Positions 1-11,830 of a DNA stretch of 64,000 nucleotides are shown here, piece by piece (position 1 is the stretch's first letter; each line of letters opens with the position of its first letter). Position numbers and translations under genes: made by a program. Source of the stretch: an uncultured delta proteobacterium (GTDB lineage: Bacteria; Myxococcota_A; UBA9160; UBA4427); the NCBI GenBank assembly GCA_963822965.1, contig CAWGJT010000010.1, forward strand, positions 1 through 64,000, read 5' to 3'. Under the pieces are notes generated by a model. It did not search any database and was not told the origin of the DNA. It worked only from the letters and a program-made list of their open reading frames with translations.

Positions 1-1511
1 GGAACAAGAGCTTTCTCGGATCGACGCGGAGATGCGCGCAGTTCAGGGCCGTCGCGATCAGATAGATGCCGAGGTCAAGAATCTCGAAGTGCGGCAGCAG
101 AGTATGCAGTCCGAGATCGCTCGCATGACCTCGAAGTTGGCGGAAACTCAGGGGGCGCTGAGCCGGGCGCAGGCAGAAGTCGAGCCGATCCAGAGCAGAT
201 TCGAGAGCGCTTGAGGCTCGATGCGGAGCTCAAGGAGATGCGGGCATCGCTGGCGGAGCTCAACCAACAGAAGGCCGAGCTCGAAGAGGCGCAGGGGATC
301 AAGATCTCTTCCGACCGCTACTCGGACCTGCTCGAGATCGAGCCCGCAGCTCTCGACAATCGTGTCTTTCCCGACGGCAGCCTGGCTCGATCGACGAGGA
401 GGAGGCTCTCGCAGGCCTCGAGAAGCACCTTGCCGCACAGGGCCTGATCTTTCCGAGGAGAGTCCTCAACGCCTTCCACACCTGCCTGAAGGTGAATGAC
501 ATCAGCCCGATCACTGTTCTCGCAGGCGTTTCGGGGACCGGTAAGAGCGAGCTGCCGCTTCGCTACGCAGAGGCTATGGGGATGCACTCGTTGCCAATCG
601 CGGTGCAGCCCAGCTGGTCGTCGCCGCAAGACCTGTTCGGGTTCTACAACTACCTCGAGAAGCGCTACAAAGCGACCGAGCTGGCTCGGGCTCTCGTCCG
701 AATGGATCCGTACAACTTCGTGGGCTCGGAGCCCGCGTACGAGTCCGTGCGGCGTGGAAGCCGGGCAGACAGGATGCTCCTGGTCCTGGTGGATGAGATG
801 AATCTTGCTCGCGTCGAGTACTACTTCAGCGAGTTCTTGTCGAAGCTCGAAGCCAGGAGAGCGGTTGTCGACGCATCAGTCCCGAAGCAACGCGCACCTG
901 CTGAGGTGGAGATCGAGGGAGCGCAGCGCCTCTGGGTTGGGAGCAATGTCCTGTTTGCCGGGACGATGAACGAGGATGAGTCGACACAGACCTTGTCAGA
1001 CAAGGTCCTGGATCGAGCGAACGTCCTTCGCTTCGGGAAGCCGCCGACAAGCTCGGCGCGCGGGGCGAGACCGGAACGAACCGTCCAATTTGTTCGTCAG
1101 CGGTACCTCCCGTACGCGACCTGGCGCTCGTGGCTTCGCCCGGTTCAGGCGGAGAGTCGCTGGCGGAAATCTGTCGATGAGTGGATCGAGGAGCTGAACG
1201 ACGCGCTTGCGCTAATCGGCAGACCTTTCGGTTGGCGGAGTGAAGCAGGCGGTTCACGAATACGTCGCGAACTACCCCGGGGTAGAAGGTGGCAGTGCGT
1301 TTCGGACTGCGATGGCCGACCAGGTCGAGCAGAAAGTGCTTCCGAAGCTGCGAGGTGTTGACGTCACGCAGCAGCAGGCCACCGAAGCTCTCAGCCGCGT
1401 CGAGAGCGTGCTCGACGACCTTGGCGACGATGCGCCTTGGATGCCGTCAGGGAGTGCCATCAGGACGCAACCTACGGGACCTTCAACTGGCGAGGGGTAA
1501 CGAGGGAGTAG
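1..1511 (+). CDS. mcrB: Coiled-coil-fused McrB-family AAA+ GTPase (5' partial, frameshifted)
   Basis: Joined ORFs 32..214, 211..447, 492..1361 and 1240..1500. N-terminus is heptad-rich (QIDAEVKNLEVRQQSMQSEIARM...). Walker A GVSGTGKS, Walker B LVDEMNLARVEYYFSEFLS, McrB signature GTMNEDEST..LSDKVLDRAN. Reconstructed C-terminus ...TFNWRGVTRE ends at TAG 1509-1511. Confidence 0.85.
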
Positions 1512-1521
1512 GGCAGAGGCG

Positions 1522-3148
1522 ATGCCGGGCGATGTCGCGACGAGTCTGCAGTGGCCTTGGTCCCTTGTCTCCGCTGAGGAGCAGGTGTCTCGAGAAGGCG
1601 GAAGCGCAACTCTGCCGTTCGGCGGGCTGGCAGTGCTCGCTTGCCCCAAGCCGTCCGTCCGCTTCCGATGGGCGGCTCTGCGGACCTGGCGGCCCTCGCG
1701 CGAGCCTCCGGAGTGGTTCTGTACGAGTTGCCGCAAGGGCGAGTTGGCTCTGCCGAGAGCGCGCTCGAGCTGCAGGCCTATTCGGGTGGCGTCCCGGTGC
1801 GGTGGTTTGTTGGGTTGGATGGCGCCCGGGTTCGTTTCGAGAAGACCGACGGGCGTGATCGAAACGAGTCCGTTGAGTCCATTTCCGTCTTCGACTGGTG
1901 GGACGCCTTCGACGATCTCGTCATGCAGAGAACGGGGACGGACGCTGCCGTCCCCTGGGAGACGGTTGAAGCCTGGCTGGAGCGAGAGCAGGGCGCGCGA
2001 ACCTCGGAGAGCATTGATCGTCGAGTATCGCCGAGAGCCTTGGTTCGTCCATCATCGACAGGTCAACGACACCTGAGACGGATCCGCTTCGGCGGTGCGT
2101 ACTGGTCCCCGTACATCAAATCAAGCAGCTCGACGAGGAGTGCCTCCGTTGGTATATCCGGCAGCCCGGCGAGACCCTGGCCGAGAGGGCCGGACACCGT
2201 CAGGAGATCATGTCGGTCGTTCGCTGTGAGACGTTCGACACCCTCGAGAATCGCATTCTGAAGGACTTTCTGTGGCGCTGTACGCGCGCCTGCGCCCGGT
2301 ACCTGCGGCGGTTTCAGCGCGACTACCCGAATTCGGAGAGAGTGCTGCTCATCCAGCGCTACCTGAGGTCGTGCGAACAGGCGTTGACGCTCCCCGAGTT
2401 CGAGCTGATCCAGAAACCGCGTCCGGGAGCTCTTCCGAACTACGTCCTGCAGAACGATGCGCGGTATCGCGACGTCTGGCGCTGGTATCAGAAGCTCCTC
2501 CGGAACCAGGACAGCGAGGAGCAGATCTGGAACTGGCAAGGGCGGCTCTGGGCAGACGTGCGTCGGTTGCTCCTCGGAGCAGCGTTCCAGCTACAGCAGA
2601 AATCGGGGCGCTCTGTGACAAGAGCGCCGCTGTTCGTGGAGGAGCAGGGGAGGCTGGGGTCGCGACTGGGCGAGCATTGGGCGCCGGGCCCATTCCTGGT
2701 TCGTCGAAAGGATGGAGCCGAGCGGGTCCTCTCGATAGTCGACGCGCCCAGGCCGGCGATCACCCGATCGCCCAGGCTCTTGGTTTGCTGGGCGCGCACT
2801 GCCTTCTCATCGAGGAGGAGCTAGCTGGCGGGCACCCGGTCGACGCACTTGCGGTCTGGTCTTTGAATGGGATGGCGACGATCCGAGAGCGGGATCCCCA
2901 TGAGATCGTTGCGTCCGCCTCGGGAGCGCTATCAAAAGCGAGGCGCCAGCTTTCCTCCAGCTTGCCGCTTGGCAGGCTCGATGGAGTAGTGCTCGTTAGC
3001 CAGCTGGGCGAGTCCTCGCAGACGGATGTGGCGCTGAGCGCGGTGCCGGGCGAGTCCGCAGGTGGCGGCAATCGAAGTCGGGTCCGATCCCCGCGGCTGG
3101 CAAGATGCTGTGGTTGAGATGGCAATGCAGATGGAAGTATGGCTGTAG
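1522..3148 (+). CDS. DUF2357/McrC-like partner protein (frameshifted)
   Basis: Fragments 1522, 1641, 2210 and 2272 join. Motifs ETFDTLENRILKDFL and PNYVLQNDARYRDVWRWYQKL are typical of DUF2357 McrC-like proteins. Starts 10 nt after the mcrB stop. Confidence 0.75.
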
Positions 3149-6100
3149 AGCGGGCGGGCGCAGCAGAACCTATTGGAGCGTCCCTCGAGGGTGCGTTCGA
3201 AGCGCTCTCGGGTGCGGCGACCACACGGCGGCCCGGCCTGGACTACGTCGTCGATCCGGCTGAGCGTGGACTTCCCGTATTGGCGGGCGGCGCGGCCGAC
3301 CGCTCGCGCGAAGGCCTGGGCCTCCCGTGGCCGCCTCGAGCGAGAGTCGGAGCTGACCATCTCCTTCGAAGGAATCCGGTCCCGGTCCTGTGGCGTGGGC
3401 TTACGCACCAAAGAGATGGTCGAGCGGAGTGGAAGGCAGGGCCCATCGGAAGGCGGTTTGCAGACCTCCTCGCGGCGCATATCGTCGATGCTCTTGGAAC
3501 GCACTCGAAAGCGAATCCACTGATTCTGGGTGTCGCGGATGGGCTTTCGACCTTTAGCCAACAGCAGCTCTTGGATGCTCTCAGTCGCGCTGGCATCCGA
3601 GAGGTACAACTCCTGTGGAATCCAATTGCTCTGGCGCTCTCCTGGCTCGAATCGGTGGGCCCCGCGCTGGAACTCCAGGGAGAGGTGGACTCGCTCCTGG
3701 TCCTGAATTTGGGCCCTGGCTCGATCGACTGCGTCGCGTTCCGATTGCGCGAGGAGGTCAGCGATAGCGGGCGCTGAGTAGCGCCAGTTCGACGGCCGGG
3801 GCATGTCTCGACCCAAGCGGACGGTTTCGACCTCGTTGCGAGCTGGCTTGACGATGCGGCGGTCCAGGTGGGTCTTTCTCTCGATCTCCAGGCGCTTTGG
3901 AATGGGATCGGGCTCCCCGAGCTATGGGGCGGATCTCCGCCATCGCTGACGGAAGCCGCGCCCCTGTGGCATCGAGATGGCCGATGGGAACGATTCCCGA
4001 GCGCGCTCCTCGAGGACACGCTGGATATTGACTTGGCCGGCGCATTCGCCGCCGGATCTGGAACAGCTGCTTTGTGCACACGGCGTCCCGACCCGGGATG
4101 GACCTGGAGCGAAAGCTGGAAGGATCTGCTCGCTTCCCTCGTAGCATCTGCGACCGAGGGCAAGAACATCTCGGGGCGCCGTGGTGGCCGGCCTACCGTT
4201 CGCCCTTCAGTCGCGGCCTTGGATCACTGTGATTGAAGGCTGTCTCCGAATGATGAAGAACTCTTCGGTCACGGAGAGACCGGTGGCGGACGGGATCTGG
4301 AACGCCGGGGGCGGTGGCGGGGCGATCGCTGATGGGGCCGCTGAGTTCGGTCGCCGGGTGCAGGCCGGCTACCGACATATTTCGACACCCTCCCCCAGCT
4401 GGACATCTACGCCGCTACTTCGAGAGGCGGGAGCTGGGAGCGCCTCGTGCCAGAGGCCGAAGTTGCTGGCGGCTCCGTCTTCCGCGACGTCCTGCAGGGC
4501 GAGTTCGGACTGGGGCAGGGACAGAGCAACTCGAGGCGTACCTACGCCTTCGGGACGAGGGGCAGGAGTCCGTTCGTCTGACGACCTTCCACTTTCCGCG
4601 TGGCCCGTCTCGCCGAATGCCCCTGGACCTCAAGGTCGAGGCTCGCCCTGCGGGCGGTCTCTGGCCGTGGTTGAGATGGCTCCGGGAAGATAGGGAACTT
4701 TCCCTGGGCGGAATCCAGGTCTACCTCGACTACGAAGAGATGGCGGAGGTCGATCAGCTTCCGGGAACTCGATCTGGGCTGGCCCAGTGTCGTTGAACCC
4801 CACGCTATCGATCCGAATGACTCGGTTCTGTTCGGGCCGAACGTGAAGCGTGCTGTCGATGGCTTCCTGGCTTCAGAACTGGCACAGCCCGGGTACAAGA
4901 GTGCCCTGGAGAACCATTCATCGGCTGCGTAGTGCCACCTTCCGGGCGAGTCCCGATGGAACAAAGACAATCCAGTACCGGGTAGTCGATCTTCATGGCC
5001 GCGCTGCGACACGGAGAGGCCAGGAGCTGATCGACCGATTGTCGGCGAAGATCGAGGCAGATTTCATTGCCTCGAACGCGGCCAGGTCGCCGAGTCGCAA
5101 GTTCCGGACTCAGCTACTTACGGTTGGAGCGTGGTTGTTCGGAGCTGCGCCCTCCTTCGGTTCGGCGTTTTGCGAACGAACACCTCGACTCTCAGCAGAG
5201 TGTGAATGCTGCTGGGCGTGTCTTCTGTCGGCCTGACGAGGTGCGCTTGTTCCTCTCGGTCCTGGAGTCAAGCGCTCGGGAGCGTGAGGAAGAAGAGCGC
5301 TGGTTGACGATTCAGTGGCTTTGGGCAGCTCGTCGCATCCTGAGTGGTCATGAATCGGCTGCTGAGAGCCTCGAGCGCGAGCAGGTCGTGTTGCTCTATT
5401 GGTTCCTTCTCGACGATCTCCGCTCGTGGATCGAGGGAGAGCGAGTCAACGGTGTCGTCGCGACCCTCTGGGTGCTCCTCTACCTGCTGCGGTATCGCGT
5501 CAACGAACCCAGCTTCCTCGCGCCCGGTTCAAATGAAGATCCTGAGCTCATCCGGGAGTTCGACCAGGTGGTTGCGGAAGCTCACGCTAGGCTCGGAGGA
5601 CAGGATTCCTTCTTGTCTCCGACCCGGAGCCGAGTCGCTGTCGAAATTCTGGATGGAATCGTCGAGTTCAGAGAGTTCCATGGGTCAATGAACATCGTCA
5701 CGAAGCTCAGCGATCTCGAAGCCAGTGACCAAGACTCGACAAAGAGCCCGCCCAATCCGCCTCGGGCCGTCGAAGGCTCCGTGAGCTCTCGTGGCAAGCG
5801 CGCCCACACTGCGGGCAAGACTGCGAAGGCGATGGGGCAGGGCTATCGAGTAGACGGAGCTTATCAGCTCGAACAGCCGGCAGCGCGGGGTCGAGACGAG
5901 TCGGTGGTCGACCTTCCGTACGACGTCTGGCGATCGACGCATCCGCTTCCTGACCCGACGACCGCGCGTCCAAGTGAACTTGAAGCTGGAGTCCTTGAGA
6001 TCCTTTCCGTCGAGGGGCCAATGTTTGGCCATCATCTGTACACGACCTTCGTCAAGGGCGCGGGCCGGCAGCGTGCGGGGCGGCAGGCACGTGGCGCGCT

Positions 6101-6428
6101 CAACAAAGCGATCGCCAGTCTGGAGCGAGCAGGCGAGATCGCTGTAAGAAGCGAACTCGGAGTAGCTGGCTATCGGGATGCGGTGTTGCGGCCGGAGGGG
6201 ACGCCGGTCGCCGTCGTCAGGCCTCGCGGGCCGCGCGAGTTCCTTGAGATCCCGCCTTCCGAGCTAGCGGTGGTCGTGAAGCGGGCGGGAGGCACCGATA
6301 CCCGATCGCGAGAAGCGCTGTTTCGCAGCGTTCTCGACTTCTATGATACGAAGAGGATGACTGAGGACATTCAGTCGCGATTGAACTTTGTCTGTGACCA
6401 GCTCGATAGCCTGGTCGCCGGAGACTGA
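3139..6428 (+). CDS. Large Hsp70/actin-like ATPase-fold protein with C-terminal DUF3320-like winged helices (multiple frameshifts)
   Basis: Hsp70-NBD-like segments LILGVADGLSTFSQQQLLDAL..AGIREVQLLWNPIALALSW, LLVLNLGPGSID and IADGAAEFG. Continues through 3868, 4181 and 4314 into ORF 5067..6428, which ends in PYDVW..LPDP..EILSVEGPM..PRGPREFLEIPPSEL..LFRSVLDFY. ATG overlaps the upstream gene's end. Confidence 0.6.
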
Positions 6429-6508
6429 ACAATCGATCACAATGGACTTGACTCCCGCGGAACTGCCGGGGTCGAGGCCAGCCTCGGTAGCGCTGGTAGG
6501 ACCCACCC

Positions 6509-6790
6509 GTGACCCACAACTTTTCCCAAACCGCCGCCTATATCTGGTCCCTCGCCGACCTGCTCCGGGGCGACTTCAAGCAGTCCCAGTACGGCCGCGT
6601 GATTCTCCCCTTCACGATCCTCCGCCGCCTGGAGCGCGTGCTGGAGAGCAGCAAGCCCAAGGTTCTCGAACAGGTCGAGAAGCTCAAGGCCATCGAAGAA
6701 GCTGGAGGAGGACGCCCGCGGGAAGTCCCTCCTCAACGCTGCAGGGCATTCCTTCTACAACACCTCTCCCATGGACCTCTCGTTGGTATT
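6509..6790 (+). pseudogene. hsdM: Type I R-M methyltransferase subunit, N-terminal fragment
   Basis: [46 protein letters not shown], then shifted-frame [17 protein letters not shown]. This is the classic HsdM N-terminus, with no catalytic motifs after it. Confidence 0.85.
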
Positions 6791-7118
6791 GGACCGACAC
6801 AGGGAACGACACCGTTAGCCGGAAGAACCTTGCTGTTGGCGGGAGCGGAGAGAGGATTGACACACACGGGTTTAAATGATTCCAGCGGGCTGGCAGTGGA
6901 TTTGGCGTCGAACAAGCTCTGTCTCGCAGACTGCGTCCGCGGATCGATCATACGATCAAATCTCGACGGAACGGGCGTGGAGACGATCTTCTCGGTCTTC
7001 CGACGTTCGCCTCACAGACATCGTACTCGATCCGGTCCATCAGAACGCCTACTGGAGCGAGACTACTTTTCCCGCACCAACCGCGCGAATCTCGATGGAA
7101 AGCGCTGCGCGTCGTTGA
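6785..7118 (+). pseudogene. YWTD/LDL-receptor class B beta-propeller fragment
   Basis: Across frames: [46 protein letters not shown] and [15 protein letters not shown]. Confidence 0.55.
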
Positions 7119-7451
7119 AGGCACGTCTAAGGGGTTTCCGTCACCACTGAGGGCAAGGAGGTCTTGTGACTCGATTTGTCAAACTGCAGGCTGCGGAGTT
7201 GCTTGGTCCCGGTTTCGCTTTTGGTCGACCGGCGTTCGGCCTGTTGGATGGCCGGCGTGATCAGCGCCCTCCGCTGCGCTCTGAGGCTGGTGCATCCGGC
7301 CTGACCAGTTCGTTCCCGCCACTCATCGGCGTGGCGGCACGTGTACGTCGTGTCGAGTCGACGATCTGAGTTTGAACGTGGCGAATGTTGCTGGTGCCGA
7401 GGTAGAGCGCGACGGCTACCGCAACAAGGATTGCAGCGCCGCCGGACTCCA

Positions 7452-7830
7452 TCACTTCAAAGTATGTAAACATTCTGCTCCAGCTCCCATCAACATTGCA
7501 GCCAACGAGTACAGAACCCCTCGGCGAAAGAGGAACCACTTCCTTGCGAGGGGACTCATCTCGTCCCATTCGACAAGGCCGAACGTATAGAACGTGGCGC
7601 ACGCCAGACAGTGCCTCCCAGCATCCGGGGGCCCGATCTCGTCATCGCTCTCAATCCATCCGGTCGTGATCCTCTGAATCGCGCGACATTTCGGGCATCT
7701 GGTCCATGTGTCACTCGTATTGCCAAGGAGTAGCTCTCCCGTTCCAGTCAAATGTCGCTGTTGGCAGGCAACCACTTTTGCTCGCACCGGCTGCTGGGAG
7801 TAGGCGAGGGCTTCGAGGTGCTGCCACGGG
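7452..7830 (-). CDS. Hypothetical protein with two CxxC pairs and a hydrophobic tail (boundaries uncertain)
   Basis: RCPKCRAIQ...HCLACATF followed by a hydrophobic segment, possibly continuing in ORF 7261..7602. Confidence 0.3.
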
Positions 7831-7843
7831 CGCCTACCCGACG

Positions 7844-10800
7844 TCACGCCACCGCCGCCGCAAACGACGCGAACAGATCCCCCGGCAGCGGATGCTCCAG
7901 CCGCCACGTCACCGCCATCGGCCGCTCCCCCTCGTGGCTCACGTACGTCGCCGGCCCCAGGAACCAGAACGCCCGCTCATCCTGCCGCAGCCGCGCAAAC
8001 AGCATCACCGACGATCCCTGCTCCACGTGCTTCCGGTACCGCAGCCCCGTCTCGCTGTCCGCCCGCGTCACGGACTGGCTCTCCCAGTGGATCAGGCTCC
8101 GGCTGATGGCGTAGTCGCGGTAGCGGGTGGTCGGCGAGAACTGGCCGCTCGTCTTGTCGAGGGTGAAGGCGAAGAGGTCGGCCTTCTCTTCGGGGAGCCA
8201 GTGGCATCCCGTCTGCCACGGGGGTGCCTTGGCGCGGTCCTGGGGCTGGAAGGCCGCCAGGATCTCGACTCGCGTGTAGCGGGCGTGCACCTGGAGCGGG
8301 ACGTCCGGGTGGCTGGTCGAGCGCGTGGTGGCGGTGGTCGACCCGGTCGGCCAGCAGGTCGAACAGCTCGAGCAGCTCGGCGCGGACCTGCGGGTGCTGC
8401 CAGACGAGCGCCAGGCCCTCCTCGAGGCTCGCTTCCTTGTCGATCGCCTTGCTGAGGAGCGACGCCACGAGCATGCGGGCGAGCCGGGCCTCGCGGCTCG
8501 CGGGGTTCGCGAGGGCAGGGGGCGAGTCTGCGCGCAGCAGCTCCCGGTAGGCGTCGAGCCGCGCCGCATCGTCCACGTGCAGCAGGCGGCCGCAGGCGCG
8601 GCGCAGCGCCGCCTCGGCGGGGCCGGCCGGCTGCGACCGCGCCGCCCGACGGCTTCCACGAGGTCGGACCAGCTCTTGTTGCCGGCGTAGACGTCCTCCA
8701 GCTCGAGGCCGCTGTCTTCGAGGAAGGCGCGCTCGAGCGAGCCTCGTCCTTCTTCTCGCAGCCTGCGCAGCTCGTTCGCCTTCGCGGTCCAGCCGGCGGG
8801 GACCGCCCGCTTGATGCTCTCGAGGACGATGTCGCGGGCGACGCGGTCGAGCTCCATGTGGCAGCCCGCCGGGAGGAACGGGAAGCCGGCTTCGACCTGG
8901 CGCTCGATGTTCTTTCGCGAGCCGCCGAGGAGCGCGCGCAGGCGGCGGTCGAAGCGGAACTCGCGCCGGTGCTGGCCCACGAAGTCGAGCACGAGGCAGG
9001 TGTGCTTGCCCTGCGACTTCCGCAGGCCTCGGCCGAGCTGCTGAAGAAAGAGGGTGGCGCTGTCGGTGGGGCGCAGCAGCAGCAGGGTGTCGACGGTCGG
9101 GAGGTCGACGCCCTCGTTGAAGAGATCGACCGAGAACAGGATGTTGATCTCGCCGCGCCGGAGCTGGCTGAGGGCCTCGCGTCGCTCTTCCTCGGGCGAG
9201 TCGCCCCAGACGGCCGTCGACCGGACGCCCAGCTCGCCGAACACCCGCGCCATGAAGCGCGCGTGCTCGATGCTCACGCAGAAGCCCAGGGCGCGCATGG
9301 CGTGGATGTCGTCGACGCGGGCCTCGAGCTGCTTCAGGACGAGCCGGGCCCAGGCGTCGTCGGCCGTGTAGACGTTCGTCAGGCCCTCGACGTCGTAGCC
9401 CCGGCCCCGCTTCCAGGGGACGTCGCGTGAGGTCGACGCCGTCGTGGACGCCGTAGTAGACGAACGGCACCAGGCGGTGCTGGTCGATGGCGTCCCACAG
9501 GCGCAGCTCCGCGGCGATGCGTCCGTCGAACCAGTCGAGGATCGGCAGGCCGTCCGCGCGCTCGGGCGTCGCGGTGAGCCCGAGCAGCTCGCGCGGCTGG
9601 ATGTGGTCGAGCAGGGCGCGGTAGGAGCGGGCGGCGGCGTGGTGGAACTCGTCGACGACCACCACGTCGAAGTGGTCCGGCGCCAGGTTCTCGAGATCGG
9701 CGTGGCTCAGGCTCTGGATCGACGCGAAGACGTGCTCCCAGCGCTCGGGCCGGCGGCCGCCCACCCACAGCTCGCCGAAGCTGCCGTCGCGCAGGGCGTG
9801 CCGGTAGGTGGCGGCGCTCTGCTCCAGGATCTCGGCCCGGTGCGCCACGAACAGGAGCCGCGCGCGGGGCAGCCTGTCGCGCATCCGCGCGTAGTCCACC
9901 GCGGCCATCACGGTCTTGCCGGTGCCCGTGGCCGAGACCAGCAGGTTGCGGTGGTGCCCGCGCGCGCGAGCCACGTCGAGCTCTTCGAGCAGCCGCTCCT
10001 GGAAGGGCTCGAGGCGGAGCTCGATCGGGGAGAGCAGGGTGGCGCCGGACGTCCGTGCTGGCCTCCTGCTGGCTGCGAGCTCCGGAACTCCTCCGCCACG
10101 AACGGCACGAAATCGCCGCTCTCCCAGTAGCTCTCGAAGACGGCGCCCATCTTGTCGATGACGTCCGGGTTGCGCGCGCCCGAGGCCCGCACGTTCCACT
10201 CGAGGCCCGTCACCAGGGCCGAGTGGGTGAGGTTCGACGAGCCGACGTAGGCGGTCGAGAAGCCGCCTTCCCGGTGGAAGAGCCACGCCTTGGCGTGCAG
10301 GCGGGTGGAGCGTGGTGTCGTAGGAGACCCGCACCTCGGCCCCGAGCGTCCTGGAGCTGCTCCAGCGCCGCGAGCTCGGTCGAGTTGGTGTAGGTGGTGG
10401 TCAGGACGCGGAGCCGCTGGCCGCGCTCGCAGTGGCTGCGGAAGGCGTCCAGGAACGGCCGGATGCCGCTGCGGCGGATGAAGGCCATGACGACGTCGAT
10501 GCGGTGGGCGGTGGCGATCTCGGCTCGGATCTGGCCGCCGACCGCGCGGCTCGCCGGGCGCGTTCGTGAGGAGGGTGGTGTCGAGGAGGGAGATGAGCGG
10601 CTGCGGCATGGGCTCGGGGGTGCCGTCCGGCTGCTTGGCCGCCAGCGCGTGTAGAACGCTGTTGTGCGGGACGGGCCGCTCCTCACGCAGATCGGCGTCG
10701 CCCAGGGTGCTGGCCAGGGCGTCGATCAGGCGAGCGAACGAGCGCGAGGCCCTTCTCGACCCGCTCCTTCTCGCCGAGGCCGTCGACGGCCTGCTCGACC

Positions 10801-10950
10801 AGGCGCGCGAGGTGGAGGGCGAGGCGATCGCCGGCGTCGGCGGGCCGGAGCGGCGCCGCGGTCGGCGACGAGGTTCCCGGCCAGGTGGGCGAGTTCCTCA
10901 TTGAAACGCTCGGTGATCAGCCGCTCGTAGAGGCCCCGGTGGACCGGCAT
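7844..10950 (-). CDS. PLD-nuclease / SF2 helicase / DUF3427 protein, SauUSI-like Type IV restriction enzyme (frameshifted)
   Basis: PLD motif RLHAKAWLF..AYVGSSNLT. Helicase motifs SATGTGKT, VVVDEFHH, GLTATPER, SVDLFNEGVDLP and FLQQLGRGLR. C-terminal YRDYAISRSLIHWESQS. Spread over about 6 ORF fragments. Confidence 0.88.
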
Positions 10951-11046
10951 GGGGCTACGCTAGCGGACGACCGCGGGCGGCGTTGTGGCCGGTCGCCGGA
11001 TCGTGCGAGGACGGAGCCGATGCATTGCCCCACGGAAGGGGCCGGA

Positions 11047-11830
11047 TGAAGGACCAATACGTCGGCGACGTCAACGACTACCGCAAGTACGGGCTCCTGC
11101 GGGCATTTCAGTCCGCGGGGGCCCACCAGCTTCTCGTCGCATGGATGCTGACCCCCGACGATGGCGGGTCTGACGGCAACCTCCGCTCCTACCTCCAGAA
11201 GTCGCCCCGCTGGGAGCGGTTCGACCCCGAGCTCTACAACCGGCTCGTGGCAGTGCTCGGAGAGGCTCCCGCCCCAGAATAGGCCTCGTCGAGGATGCCG
11301 CGTTCCTTCCAAGGGCATCTTACTTCGCCGAGGAGGTCCCGGACTCGATCCAAGAGCGCGAGGCGTGGTTCTCATCGCTTGTCCGAGCTGCCTCTGGCGT
11401 CGATCTTGTGTTCCTCGACCCCGATAACGGAATCGAAGTGCCGTCGATGCCAGGCGGGCGCAAGGGCTCGTCGAAGTACGTATTGTGGTCGGAACTCGCC
11501 CGCCTCTGGTCGGCCGGCTCGTCGCTGATCGTCTACCAGCACTTCCCACGCAAGCCGCGCGAGCAGTTTTCGACGCAAATCGGGGATGAGCTCCGGCGAC
11601 GGCTTCAGAATGCGCGCGTTGAAGCGTTTCGGGCGAAGAACGTTCTCTTCCTCGCGGCGGTTCAACCTCACCATCTGTCCGCTCTCGACGGCGCCAAGGC
11701 CATCGTCGCTCGTCGCTGGGGTGGCGAGATCGATGTCGTGGATCTCTCGGACGACGGAGACGAAGTGCTTCGTGAACCGTCTCCGGCCCGGGTCCGATCC
11801 TTGCCAAGGAAGGAAGCCGTCGGAGGGCGG
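11047..11830 (+). CDS. Uncharacterised, possibly SAM-dependent methyltransferase-like protein (frameshifted)
   Basis: MKDQYVGDVNDYRKYGLLR..WMLTPDDG..; LVFLDPDNGIE..SSKYVLWSEL..LIVYQH. The hhFLDP motif resembles amino-MTase motif IV. The 3' end is uncertain because the frame runs into the MazG-like gene. Confidence 0.55.

Noticed and set aside
7150..7450. Short ORFs in this interval
   Set aside because: No recognisable motifs; probably intergenic or decayed sequence.
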